Shown: positions 26,683 to 38,710 of the stretch, piece after piece | Position numbering within the stretch: position 1 is the stretch's first letter | Layout: every line of letters starts with the position of its first letter | Origin: Octopus sinensis | Taxonomy: Eukaryota | Direction: 5' to 3' | Length of the DNA stretch: 59,352 bases | NCBI RefSeq assembly: GCF_006345805.1 | Contig: NW_021832994.1 | Coordinates: forward strand, 1 to 59,352 | Notes under the pieces: generated by a model | What the model saw: only the letters and a program-made list of their open reading frames with translations | Databases searched by the model: none | What the model was told of the DNA's origin: nothing | Made by a program: the position numbers and the translations under genes

Positions 26683-27272
26683 TGTAACGAACTTAATGTG
26701 AGTGTGTCTTGTGCACTTTTGGGGTGCACAAAGCAATCACTCACTAGCCGTTGCTTTAATAATCCAGAATCTCTACTAGTCAGAAACAAGACGCAGACGT
26801 AAAATATACATATAACTACTTTATTCTCTTTCTTGGTAAACAATAACAATAAGTGTGTTATCTGATGTCCTTGGTTCTGGGCGCGCAAGGCTGAAAGTTA
26901 ATAGATTGTAATATTTACAATATTCAGCCCAAAAACAGAAACGGATTCAAGATGGCGTCGAACAATGGAGACGATGTTGGTCTGCAACAATTTGGTAAGG
27001 ACTGCTAGAAGCTAGTTCCAACGGAGAGAAAATATATCGCGTGACGTCGCCTTCAATCGCTGGGTCCCAAGTCCTCGATGACTGCTGCTAGTGGTCAAAC
27101 GTTCTACGACCCCCTTGCCTCGCTAACTACCACGATAGGCAAGCGGGTCGTGCTTCCGGTGGTTCGCGCATGCGCGAGAGGGGGCTTCCTTTCTGTGCCT
27201 TGGTGAAGGCACCAACACGCGCGAAATACAAATGGACCGTGCGCGAGCGAGCGCCGTTGTAGGATCACTACA
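26683..27272 (-). repeat. 3' LTR (590 bp)
   Basis: TGTAAC...CTACA; about 99% identical to 28944-29428 over about 490 bp; AATAAA on the minus strand at 26820-26825. Confidence 0.88.
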
Positions 27273-28814
27273 GGCTCCCCTCCAGTGCGTACGCATGAAA
27301 GGAAACTTATTGTAGTGACTGCAAAACTCAAGGTGGACACCAGATAACCAAATAGCACACAATAATATAATGGCAAAATTTATAACATACACAAGAAATT
27401 TACTAAAGGAAAAAGAGAAAAAATACTCAATGAGCAAAAATCAAGACTGCATGCATGAAAGGTGTATACGTCACAAAGTATAGAGCCTTCCGCTGTAGGA
27501 AGCGGAAGAAAAGGCAGAACTCACAGTTAATGAACCTAAACGAAATTAAAATCCAACTTCTCTAAAGGTGGTTGATCCTGCGAAATAGCAGTTAAATCAA
27601 TTGCTGCAGGAGAGGAAATGGAATTGGCAGAAGCTCGCTAGTAACACAAAAGGCAAAAGGTGCAAACATGCTGGTGTGATGCGCGACACAGATAATTTTC
27701 TGTTAATTACGTGACCAACAGTGGTCTAACAAGGAAAAATAATTACGCCCATACATAGGCACAGCGCATGTGAACATCCGACATTCTATGAGTCGGGAAA
27801 ACTAAGCTACTGCAAACGTGTTGCAAAAACAAGGCAAGTACACGTGCGGAGCAAAAGGCGCATGAAATGCAATAGTGCTTGCCAGACCAAAAAACAGCAA
27901 GAATATGCCAGTGGTTAAGGGATTATATGCTTCGTTCATATAGGAACAAAAGGTATGACATGCTGGCGCGTCATAATGGACAAACAACCCTCTCTATGTA
28001 TACGTGACCGACTAGGGTCTATAGAAATGAGGGGTGTCCACCAAAGGCAAATTTAGCATGGAACAAACAAGCGAGAAAAGCATGTGTGACGTATGTATGT
28101 GAGAGAGAGAATTTATGTGTGTGTATGTGTGTGCGACAGAAATACAAACAAGGTGAATGCGAGCAAAATATAAAAACAGCGCATAGAAAAAATGTCTCTC
28201 ATGTGCTATTCCAGACAATGGAATTAGTTTACCAGTCTATAATAGCCTGATGTACAATAGCAGTTCGTTCTGTAACAGAAATGTTGAGATCACAAATGCA
28301 GATGCCGATTGAACACATATCGTGTCGCGATTGTGGCTTCAATGCTGTGACAGGTTAACTGGAACAGAAGAAATCTCGTAGATAGTGCTGGGCTGTGAAT
28401 TCTTGGTGTGCTAATGCACAAACGGCAAGTGGACCAAACTTCCGCGAGTTGCTATGTACATCTTGGTGGAGGTTGACGGTGTTGAAAGGCGACGTTGGTG
28501 GTGGAAGGCGACTGTAGTGGTGGCGACTGTAGTGGACTTGGGACAATATCATTCTTAGTGATGATGGCGACGAAGATAGCGACGACGTGAAGTAGACAGA
28601 CGACGATGATGATGACGAAAGTGGAGAAAAGGCATCGAATATATGATGGCGTCCGTCATCATGGCTGTAGAATAAGAAAGAGGTTCCTTCTACAACTTTG
28701 TGGTGGCCGGAAAACAAATCGTCGAAAGATGAATGCGTAGAGTTAAATCGTGTTCCGACTTCGCAGAAAAACTGGATTTTTTTGTTGATAAGTGATCTCT
28801 GGTTTTAGACCAGA

Positions 28815-28833
28815 ATCACGTCGGGAGTCACCA
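28815..28833 (-). promoter_or_regulatory. Primer-binding site, tRNA-Trp
   Basis: Minus strand TGGTGACTCCCGACGTGAT versus the classical tRNA-Trp PBS TGGTGACCCCGACGTGAT, with one extra base. Confidence 0.85.
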
Positions 28834-28834
28834 G

Positions 28835-29428
28835 TGAAACGAGCTTAATGTGATGTGTGAATATCTCTTGTGCACTTTTGGGGTGCACAAAGCAATCACT
28901 AGCTCGTTCGTTAATTATCCAGAATCTCTGCCCGTCATGAAACAACAAGACGCAGACGTAAAATATACATATAACTACTTTATTCTCTTTCTTGGTAAAC
29001 AATAACAATAAGTGTGTTATCTGATGTCCTTGGTTCTGGGCGCGCAAGGCGAAAGTTAATAGATTGTAATATTTACAATATTCAGCCCAAAAACAGAAAC
29101 GGATTCAAGATGGCGTCGAACAATGGAGACGATGTTGGTCTGCAACAATTTGGTAAGGACTGCTAGAAGCTAGTTCCAACGGAGAGAAATATATCGCGTG
29201 ACGTTGCCTTCAATCGCTGGGTCCCAAGTCCTCGATGACTGCTGCTAGTGGTCAAACGTTCTACGACCCCCTTGCCTCGCTAACTACCACGATAGGCAAG
29301 CGGGTCGTGCTTCCGGTGGTTCGCGCATGCGCGAGAGGGGGCTTCCTTCGGTGCCTTGGTGAAGGCACCAACACGCGCGAAATACAAATGGACCGTGCGC
29401 GAGCGCGCGCCGTTGTAGGATCACTACA
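28835..29428 (-). repeat. 5' LTR (594 bp)
   Basis: TGAAAC...CTACA; on the minus strand it is followed, after a 1-nt spacer, by the PBS. Confidence 0.88.
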
Positions 29429-29549
29429 CGTCCTTTCGGGGTCAATAAATTAAGTACCAGTAAACAACTGGAGTCAATGTAATCAGCTAGTCTTCTCCCC
29501 CATATTTCAGGCCTCATACCTATAGTAGAAAGGATTATTATTATTATTA

Positions 29550-29594
<45 letters not shown>

Positions 29595-29904
29595 GGCAAT
29601 GAGGTGGCAGAATTGTTAGAATGCTGGACGAAAGGCTTAGTGGCATTTTGTCCGTCTTTATGTTCTGAGTTCAAATTTTGCCGAGGTGTCTTTGCTTTTC
29701 ATCCTTTCAGGACCAATTAAAATAAATACCAGTTATATACTGGGGTCAATGTAATCGACTATACCCCACCCCCAAATTTCAGGCCTTGTGCTTATAGTAA
29801 AAAGGATTAATATTATTATTATTAAGGCAGTGAACTGGCAGAGTTGTTAGCACACTGGGTGAAATGCTTAATAATATACATAATTTCTCATCTCTTGAAT
29901 ATAG

Positions 29905-29932
29905 AGCTGTATTATTACTATTATTATCATCA

Positions 29933-29990
<58 letters not shown>

Positions 29991-30018
29991 CATTATTATT
30001 ATTATCATTATTATTATA
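29905..30018. repeat. (TAT/CAT)n microsatellite
   Basis: Direct inspection. Confidence 0.95.
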
Positions 30019-30324
30019 TGTTTGACTTTTGCTTTGTACAAGTTGACTCCAAGTCTCACCCAGTGACCTCAAGAGACAAGTTCAAAGTTTAAGTTGGTGT
30101 TATGACTAGGGTGTTATGACTAGTATGTCAAACCATAAGTAAATTAGAAGTTTGTTTTAAAAGTGATTTGATTATTAGATGATAGTCTCGTGTTAAGATG
30201 ACAGCAAAAGGTGTTTGCTGTTACATAAGTTTAAAAGTACTTTTGACACTGTTCACAGATTAAAATGTTTGGGGGATTATGTTGACAATATTTTATGTAG
30301 GATATGGGTAGTTCCCATGAGTGC

Positions 30325-31139
30325 TATTTTTTTAATTTCTTTTTTTTTTGTTTGGATTTCCTGATATCTAAGCTAGGTATTATTTCTTTTTATCACAGCT
30401 TTTGTTGGAACTCCTGGAGTCTTGCATGTGTAGCGAGTTTACCACCTGTATCCTACAGTATCATGCTATCCATTCTTTTCAGCTACCTAATACTTTCCTG
30501 ATTATTCTGGCCATGCCAAGGGGGAGAACCTTTTCTAACAGTTCTACTGGGCACTCTATTCCAATTTCCTTTATATTCCTCTTGATTCCTTCTCATACTG
30601 TGCCCAAAGACCCAACAATAATTGGCACTATCTTCACCTTCTTCATTTTCCATAGCTGGGCTATTTCGTACTTAAGAGGTTTGTACTTATCAATCTTTTC
30701 GCCTTCCTTCTAGACTATTCTTGGGTCACAGAGGCACGTAACCTCAGCTATATAGCACATGTAGTGCACCTTGTTCACCATCATTAGGTCCAGTCTGTTA
30801 GGCTCTGCTCCACAGGATTTTGCGACTCTCTTTGGTTTGTGCTCATACTACGTCTTGCCTCTCTTTAACAAACACTTTTTGCACAGTTTCCAATCTAGCA
30901 CATTCGCTACCTGGTCGTGTTGCCACAACTTGTACTGGTTTTGGGCATTCATTCGTGATATGGGCAATAGTTTCATCCATTCTTTTACAGATGTGACACA
31001 GCGGAGACGCTCATTCCTCAGGTTCACCCTCCTGTTCGTGGCCAAATCTTGGTCTTGCGCTGCCAGTATAGTGATCTCAGTCTCTTTTTTTTAGGGTTTC
31101 TTTCTTCAGACAATCCCACCTATTTTTTCCAGCAACTTC

Positions 31140-31140
<1 letters not shown>
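30325..31140 (-). mobile_element. R4/Dong-like non-LTR retrotransposon 3' portion (restriction-like endonuclease domain)
   Basis: Minus-strand remnants LKKETEITILAAQDQDLATN, NAQNQYKLWQHDQVANVLDWKLCKK, KKEGEKIDKY and VPIIVGSLG match the C-terminal RLE region of R4-clade elements; the 5' junction abuts (TAA)n at about 31140-31175. Confidence 0.7.
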
Positions 31141-31175
<35 letters not shown>

Positions 31176-32166
31176 ATAGATATATTTTGATGTCACTGTC
31201 AATAACTTGTTAATCTATTCTGACACAGCATGGCAAACATAATTTCTACTTAATTTCTTGAGCTTTTTTTCTTTTCCATGCTTTCCCTCTCTTCATCTAT
31301 CTATATCTATAGCTCAGTCTGTCTGTCTGTATCTATCTGTCTATCTATCCCTCTATTTCTCTCACTTCCCCTTCTCTCAAAAGTTTCTATCTTTGGCTTG
31401 TTCCACATGTAAAATGGTTTGGCCAGCAACCATCATAGAAACCATGCCAAATCAGGCATTGGACCCCTATGTACTCCATGGACACTTTGGATCCCGTGAA
31501 ATTTGGCAAAACATGCCAACATGGAACATGGACGTTAAATGATGATGACAGTAATGATGATGATGATTATGATGATTCTTCTCTTTTGCAGTCAGTTTCA
31601 GCCAGAGGCAGTGATCCTGCTGTGGCGCTGCCTTTAGCACTAATTTATTCACTTTAGACTCATTTCCTGGTCTTGTCTCCACAATCAGTCTTGGGGAAAT
31701 AATGGGTTGGACTGATTTGCCCTTCCTTGCATTTCTTGCCCTAATATGGATTCATCTGGTGTAATAGATAAAAATGTAAGTGTTGTTTGAATATACATCT
31801 ACATTTACATCTTGGAGATGTGATGAAATGATGAAGGTCTTTAAACCATAAGCTATTACAGTTCTGGATCTTGACTCCAGATGGAGAGGACAGGATCTTT
31901 AATGCCATGATATGGCACCCAATCCAGGGATTGATTAAACTTTCAATACCAAAGTTAGGCCTTCTGGACTTTTTCATACCTAAATTTTTTTTAAATGTCC
32001 CAGTACATACAAGTATATATTTACAACTGTTCTGTATATTAGACATCTAGAGTATCAACCCAGTGAGATGGGGCATCTTTTGCACTTTGTCAATATGCTA
32101 GAAATAACAGCTAAAATATAGTCATAAAACAGTTAACTCAATCTTCATTAAATCTCTTTCTCTCTT

Positions 32167-32200
<34 letters not shown>

Positions 32201-33260
32201 CATACATACATATATATATGCACACACGCTCACATTCTCAGAGATTTGATGATGCATACAAGAAAATAGAAATCTACAACTCAAAACATGAGTATATATA
32301 AATTTGTTATTAATAAAAAATATATACATGCATTTATTAATACAAGCACACATATATATATTTACATATAAATTGTATATCTATATGTGTGTGTGTGTGC
32401 ATATATATATATATATTGTATATGTATATGTGTGTATGTATAGACACGCCTACACACACATGTGTGTGTGTGTGATGTATACATACATATGTCCCACACA
32501 TTTAGTTGTTAAATTGATTTGTTTTGCTTTGTGTTACTGTTACACTCACACTCACACACACACACTCACACACACACACTCACACACACACACTCACACA
32601 CACACACTCACACACACACACTCACACACACACACTCACACACACACACTCACATCTATGAATGTAATGTTTGCGTGTGGCATCTGCTGTGGCAATACTC
32701 TGGATTGTAAGTAAACAAGTTATTTAAGAGTAGTTTCCACTCAGACGCTGCTGTCACCACCCTCACCATCAGCAACATTACCCATGCCATTCTCTCAATT
32801 TCTCTCTCTTCCTCTTTGTATCTCTCACTCTATCTATCTATCCATCTATCTATCAGTCTGTCTATCCGTCTATCTATCCGTCTATCTGTCCGTCTGTGTC
32901 TCTGTCTATCTATCGGTCTGCCTTTAATCTATTTCCCTTTCTCTCTCAAAGGTATAATGAATATATTTATATATTTATGCCAGATACTTGATGTAAGTCA
33001 AGCTTGTTTACATGCAATGAAACAGATATGTTTCACAAACACACTCTCCATCCCTCTCCCCCTCTCTCTCTCTCTCTTCAACCACTCTCTCTCTTTCCCC
33101 CTCTCTTTCCCCCTCTCTCTTCTTCCACCACTCACTCTCTCTTTCCTCTCCCCCACTCTCTCTTTCTCTTATTTATCTTGTTTATCAAGATTTTTTTACT
33201 CACATCTCACTCAGGCATTTGCTTTCTTCTTGTTTACCTGCTGGCCTCAATTCACACATG

Positions 33261-33312
<52 letters not shown>

Positions 33313-34660
33313 ATTATATATATATATATAAATGCACACACACACACATACGTACATCCATTAATCCATATGCACACACATACGTACACACATACACACA
33401 TGCATACACACATGTCTGTGTGTGTGTGTATGAACAATTACAATGAGCACAAGTTTGTATTATTCCCTCCTTATGTTTATTACAATTTCTCTTACAATTG
33501 CTTTGTGTATTTCATAACTTGTTATGCTACCAAGTATAGTTGTTGCCTAACCACTGTACTGGAAGCAGACTGGGTGATGATGATGCGCTACATGGAACTT
33601 GAGACTTACCAGTAGCAATTGTAGGGAACCTACTGTACACGCAAGGCACTGTGTATGTGTCTGTGTGTGAGTGTGAAAGCCCATAGCCGGGTGGTGAGGG
33701 GGATTTTGATTATCATATCAGCAGAGCTTCCCATTAATCCAGTCGACTCTGCTTTTAATGAATAACACTGTACTGGACTTGTATTCCATTCAGGGAATGA
33801 CCACTTGGTCTGACCACTTGACATCATTGAAGAACTTAAACAATGTAAGGATGCATGTTCTATAACAACATCCGTCCAATGGCCTGCTCAACACGGTCTT
33901 GTCAGTCACGGGGCTACAGCCGTGCTAAGATACTGCTTTGAAAAATTTTAGTTCAACAAATTGACCCCCCACCCCCCATCCCAGGACTTTTTCTTTTTTT
34001 TTAAGCCTGGTATTCATTCTATCGCTCTCATTTGGAGAGCCACTAAGTTATGGGGACATAAACAAACCAACACCAATTGTCAAATGGTGGTAAGTGACAA
34101 GCAAAAAGATACACACACACACACACCTTCTGCTTACCAAATCCTCTTAGAGGGCTTTGTCAGCTTCAAGCTACATCAGAAGACACTTGCTCAAAGTGCA
34201 ATACAGTAGGATCGAACCTGGAATCATGTTCTTGAAAAGTAAATTCCTTATCACGTAGCTATGCCTGTGCCTATCTATAAAATACACACTGACACACACA
34301 CACATATAATGTAAATGTTTTCCCAAATAAAATTTCACTGCTCCAGTGAAGCTATTGGGTGATTCTCAAGCACTCAACTATGAGCGCATTGTATCTTATT
34401 GCAGAAACAGCTGTAAGCAAATGAAGTTTCTAACACAACTGTTTATTTCTTTGACATTCTAATTTCTTATATATATATATCTTATATATAATAAAATATT
34501 AGGGAATAAATCCAAACTTACAGGGAAAAATCAGATTAGGATTGAATCCAATTTTATAATAAAATATTATATTATATTAAATTAGAGACAAAACCACTAT
34601 TAGGCAAATCAAGCAAAGAAAGACTTAATCCAATACATAAATTGTCTCTAATTTAATATA

Positions 34661-34768
<108 letters not shown>

Positions 34769-37052
34769 GTGTGTTTAAAAAATATCTAGCGAAATGGGAT
34801 ATGGCCTGGAACTTCTGTATTCTATTCTTTATCTCCCACTCTACCTTCACCCTTACCTGAACCTACCTACCCACAAAATGTCCCTAACAAATCCATTCCC
34901 CACAACACATCCTCCTAACATCCCTTCCTCTACCTGTACCTACTCACTATATTCCTCTCCTCTCTGTGTCTCCCATTCTCCTTTCACAATTTGAGAACTT
35001 GCTCATCCCCAGACCCTATCCAATCCTTGGTCCACTTCATTAAATCTACCTTCCTGTGAGTGTTGGGTGTATGCCCTGTTACATCTTCACCATCTTATCT
35101 TTCTCCACTCTTGCACATCACCCCTCCCCCCTCTCCCCACTTGAATCAGCCATGTGTCTCCTCAACAGTAAGATACCCCCTTTCTGCCTTTCATACTCTA
35201 ACTACTACTCCTTGCCTCGTGTGAAGCTGCTTCCCTCAATACTGCTCCCCGTCTCAATTGAGAGCTGTTGTCTTCCAAGTTCCTGGGTCACCTCACTACT
35301 GCTGTTGCCACATAAAAAGCACCCAGTACACTCTGTAGAGTGTTTCGTGTTAGGAAGGACATTCAACTATTGAAACAATAACAAAGCAGACAAGGCTTGG
35401 TGCAGCCTCCTTCCTCACTCGCCAGCTCCTCTCAAACCATCTAACCCATGCCACCATGGAAAATACATATTAAATGATGATCATGATATCATTCATCATT
35501 AATCCTTGTATTGTCCTGTTGCATGTTCTGATGATTTTCTGCCCAAGGTATTTTCAAATGCAAGATTATATATTTATATATGTTTTGTAGTTTAAATTGG
35601 ATGCAAAATGAAACAATTGTAGGTAAAGATGTTAATTATTTATTAATAAATTAATTTGTATCCATTGGATCTCTGTTTTAGGAAGTTGCACAATGAACTC
35701 TTCTCAGTGTAGCTTGCCATCAGTTTGAAATTTCTTCAATAAAGTTTGCCACATGGAATTCCCAAGTCAGCCACAATGCTGTGTTATGGCTGACATGGGA
35801 ATTCCATGCGGCAATGTAATTTAAGCCTGATGACTAGCTACACTGAGAAGAGTTTATTGTACAACAATTGTATAATTAGCTTCAAGCAGTTAAGAAACAT
35901 GTGAAGCTTACATTTTACCTATTCCACTTTGCATTTTTAGTAGCAGTAATTTATTTATTCTTTTTACATCTGTTTTTCAATGTTAGTATGAGTTAGATAA
36001 GTATTGTGATATAGTTTAACAGCCACATGACCGTCTTGCTACCTTTTTTCATCAAGGATATTTTGATTCTATTCAACTTCAAAAACACAGAACTGCCACA
36101 TAATTTATTGATAGAAAATCAACAAATATCTCTGTTTGTGACTCAGCCTGGCACAGACGGTAAACATTCACTCTCACTGACACACACATAACTGTAGGTG
36201 TGGCTGTATGGTAAGAAGTTTACTTCCCAACCATATGGTTCTGGGATCATGCATGGGCAAGTGTCTCCTGCTCCCACCCTGCCGAACCAAAGTGAATTCG
36301 TAGACAGAAACTGAAAGAAGCCCCTCCACACACACACACACGTGTGTGTGTGTTGTTGCTAACAGGGAGAGCATCGAGCCATAAAAAGTCTACTTTCAAC
36401 AAATTCTGTTTGTCTCATGTTAGTCTGGAAAAGTGGACATTACCAACCTCCACCTGTTTCCAAGCAAGACAATATTTCCTCATGACCAGACACATTTTCC
36501 CAGGAGATTGGCACTGGATGACACTGTCCATACACAATTATCTTAACAACTATTATGCAATGTCTAGTCAAAGAGACACAACCATAAACACATACTCTTT
36601 TACACACTCACACATGCATACATTTGCATACTGTTTTGTTCTCATTGTTCTGTCCTTTACCGTTTTTACTTTTATTGATTTGTTCTTACTGTCCTGTTCT
36701 TGTTACCACTTTCACCCTCCGCAAAAAAATCCCAAATTTTATTTAATTTGCTTTGCGGGAAGAACTGTTTCAACGAAGTCGCGTCTTGTCCTTACCTTCG
36801 AAACGGGGAGTAAATGAAACAGGGACAACTGATGAAGGGGAATATTCCTTGTGTTGTATATCTTGTTTCTCTGGGGTTTTTTTCGTTGTTCGAAAAAAAG
36901 TTTGTTTTCTATGTTTTTGTTTTTATGTTTTCGTTTCCCATTGTGTTCAACGTTTTTTTGATGTCCTGTACTCATATATACATGTATATGTAGGTATGTA
37001 CATATATGTATGTATGTATATATATATATGCATATAGTTTTATATTATTTAA

Positions 37053-37109
<57 letters not shown>

Positions 37110-37335
37110 GACTGGCTTGTTTCAGTTTCCATCTATGAAATCCACTTATAAGTCTTTGGTCAACCTGAAGCTATAGTAGACAACACTTGTTGAATGTGCT
37201 GTACAGGGGCCTAAACCTAAGATTGTATGGTTGGAAAGTAAGATTCTCAACCACACAAAAAGTAATATAAACAAATTAACAATATTTACCGATTCCTTAA
37301 TTATATTTCTTTTATCATTTCAGATATCCCAGAAG

Positions 37336-37504
37336 ATGTTGGAGTCTAAGAGTTGTGCTGTGAACGTCGAAACTAGCACCAAAAATCGAAAAGCACGTGG
37401 TAGTTGGACTGGCAAACTAGATTTTATATTAACATGTATAGGTTTTGCAGTTGGACTTGGAAATATCTGGAGATTTCCTTACTTATGTTACAAAAGTGGT
37501 GGTG
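37336..37504 (+). CDS. SLC6/NSS Na+/Cl--dependent amino-acid transporter (glycine transporter-like), first coding exon (N-terminus, TM1)
   Basis: Translates [56 protein letters not shown](G), containing the SLC6 signature GLGNxWRFPY. Acceptor TTTCAG ends at 37323 (exon starts 37324, ATG at 37336); donor GTAAGT at 37505, phase 1. The start codon is tentative because the frame is open back to the acceptor. Confidence 0.95.
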
Positions 37505-38579
37505 GTAAGTGCTGACTATTTTCTTTGAAAGGGAGGGTTTCTATATAATTCTTAGTCTGTCTTGCACATTCCATCCTATTGTAATCCTTTCCTGGTTATC
37601 TTCTTCTGATGCTAAGGTGTTACTTACTACGTAGGTAAAATGGCTCTTCACACAAATGTGAAGAAAACAATGTGTATGTGCTTCAACCGGAACAAATATC
37701 TTGATCTGCAATAAATCGATCAAAGATGAATTCTGTTAGGGATTTCAGGTCTCTTTGTAGTTGGGTAGGCGCCTCCGATACATGTATCAAAATCAGAGAA
37801 GCACACACTTGAATAGCATGGCTTAGACTCGAGAGAGTTTGAAAGTGAAGGCAGTGAAGGGAAACAAAAACCAGACTATTCTTTGCTATTGAAGAGTCAG
37901 TGTTCTTGTATTGCAGTGAAAAGTAGAGAATAGATTTAGGTGGCTGATACAGTGAATGACTTGCATGCAAAATGGCAGCAACACATGACCAATGAACATC
38001 CCTATGAAAGCCTTCCAAAAGTGACCAACAAGATTAGAGAATGACGTTTTCATGCAATACCAGGAAGAAGAAGCATAAAACCTTGAACTCTGGGACACAC
38101 AACATGGTACCAACAAGTGTAGGAGATGTTGTCTGCTTTCTATTGATATCCTGGAAGAGGACACAGGATTGGATTCTGTCCATGAACTGAAGGTGGTGAT
38201 GATAGATGGAGATGTTTGGCGAAATGGTTTTGTTTTGGAGGACTGGGTGGAAGCCTGACCAAAATAAAGGAAGAAAATATTTACATAATTATTTAATATG
38301 ATCCAATTGTTTCAATATATATAAATATTTCGTTTTTGTATTTGGTTTGCAAGATTCTTTATGTGAATTCATGTGTTGAAGCATATATTATTGTGTCTGG
38401 GGAAAGTCATTCTCTTTTAGTGCCTTATTATTTAATACACACACCGGTTTGATATCCACTCGTTTACTTATTTATTTTTTCTAAAATTTTTATTGCATCT
38501 TGCAACCTTTTCAATATGTATGTATATATATATATACACTCACACACATATATCTAACATAATCAAATTTATATTGCAG

Positions 38580-38710
38580 GTGCTTTTTTCATTCCATATT
38601 TTATATTCTTGATTCTCTGTGGTATACCACTATTCTTCCTGGAAGTATCATTTGCCCAGTTGGTAGCCTTAGTCCTATAGCTATATGGAGAATAAGTCCC
38701 CTATTTAAAG
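38580..38710 (+). CDS. SLC6 transporter coding exon 2 (TM2), with apparent 1-bp deletion
   Basis: TTGCAG acceptor; reads (G)[26 protein letters not shown], then the conserved [16 protein letters not shown](G) continues in a shifted frame; donor GTAAGT at 38711. Length is 131 nt where 132 is needed. Confidence 0.9.

Larger units (their letters stand above)
26683..29428 (-). mobile_element. Non-autonomous LTR retrotransposon (Ty3/Gypsy-type), 2746 bp, inserted into a SINE
   Basis: Direct repeats 26683-27272 and 28835-29428 with TG...CA ends. Minus-strand PBS at 28815-28833 next to one LTR and PPT GGAGGGGAGCC at 27273-27283 next to the other. Flanks TGTC/CGTC form a 4-bp TSD with one CpG-type change, and the host SINE rejoins across the insertion. 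No intact pol in the 1562-bp interior. Confidence 0.9.

Noticed and set aside
26952-27000. MASNNGDDVGLQQF as an N-terminal coding exon of the SLC6
   Set aside because: The donor is phase 1 but the 37324 acceptor is phase 0; the join reaches a stop after 8 more codons. It also lies within a duplicated LTR.
28812-28833. Match to the tRNA-Trp 3' end as a tRNA gene
   Set aside because: Only about 20 nt including CCA and adjacent to an LTR, so it is a PBS. The SINE heads likewise have A/B boxes but no cloverleaf.
36795-36855. CGAAAC..GTA followed by CTGATGA as a permuted (type II) hammerhead
   Set aside because: Stem I does not form, stem II pairs only by consuming core bases, and no GAAA follows the hairpin after CTGATGA.
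37683-38164. Minus-strand ORFs in intron 1 as a nested gene
   Set aside because: No recognisable domain or splice structure; probably an old unclassified repeat.
38678-38680. Rescue of the exon-2 stop by A-to-I editing (UAG to UIG)
   Set aside because: Editing would remove the stop but not the frameshift, so downstream exons stay out of frame.
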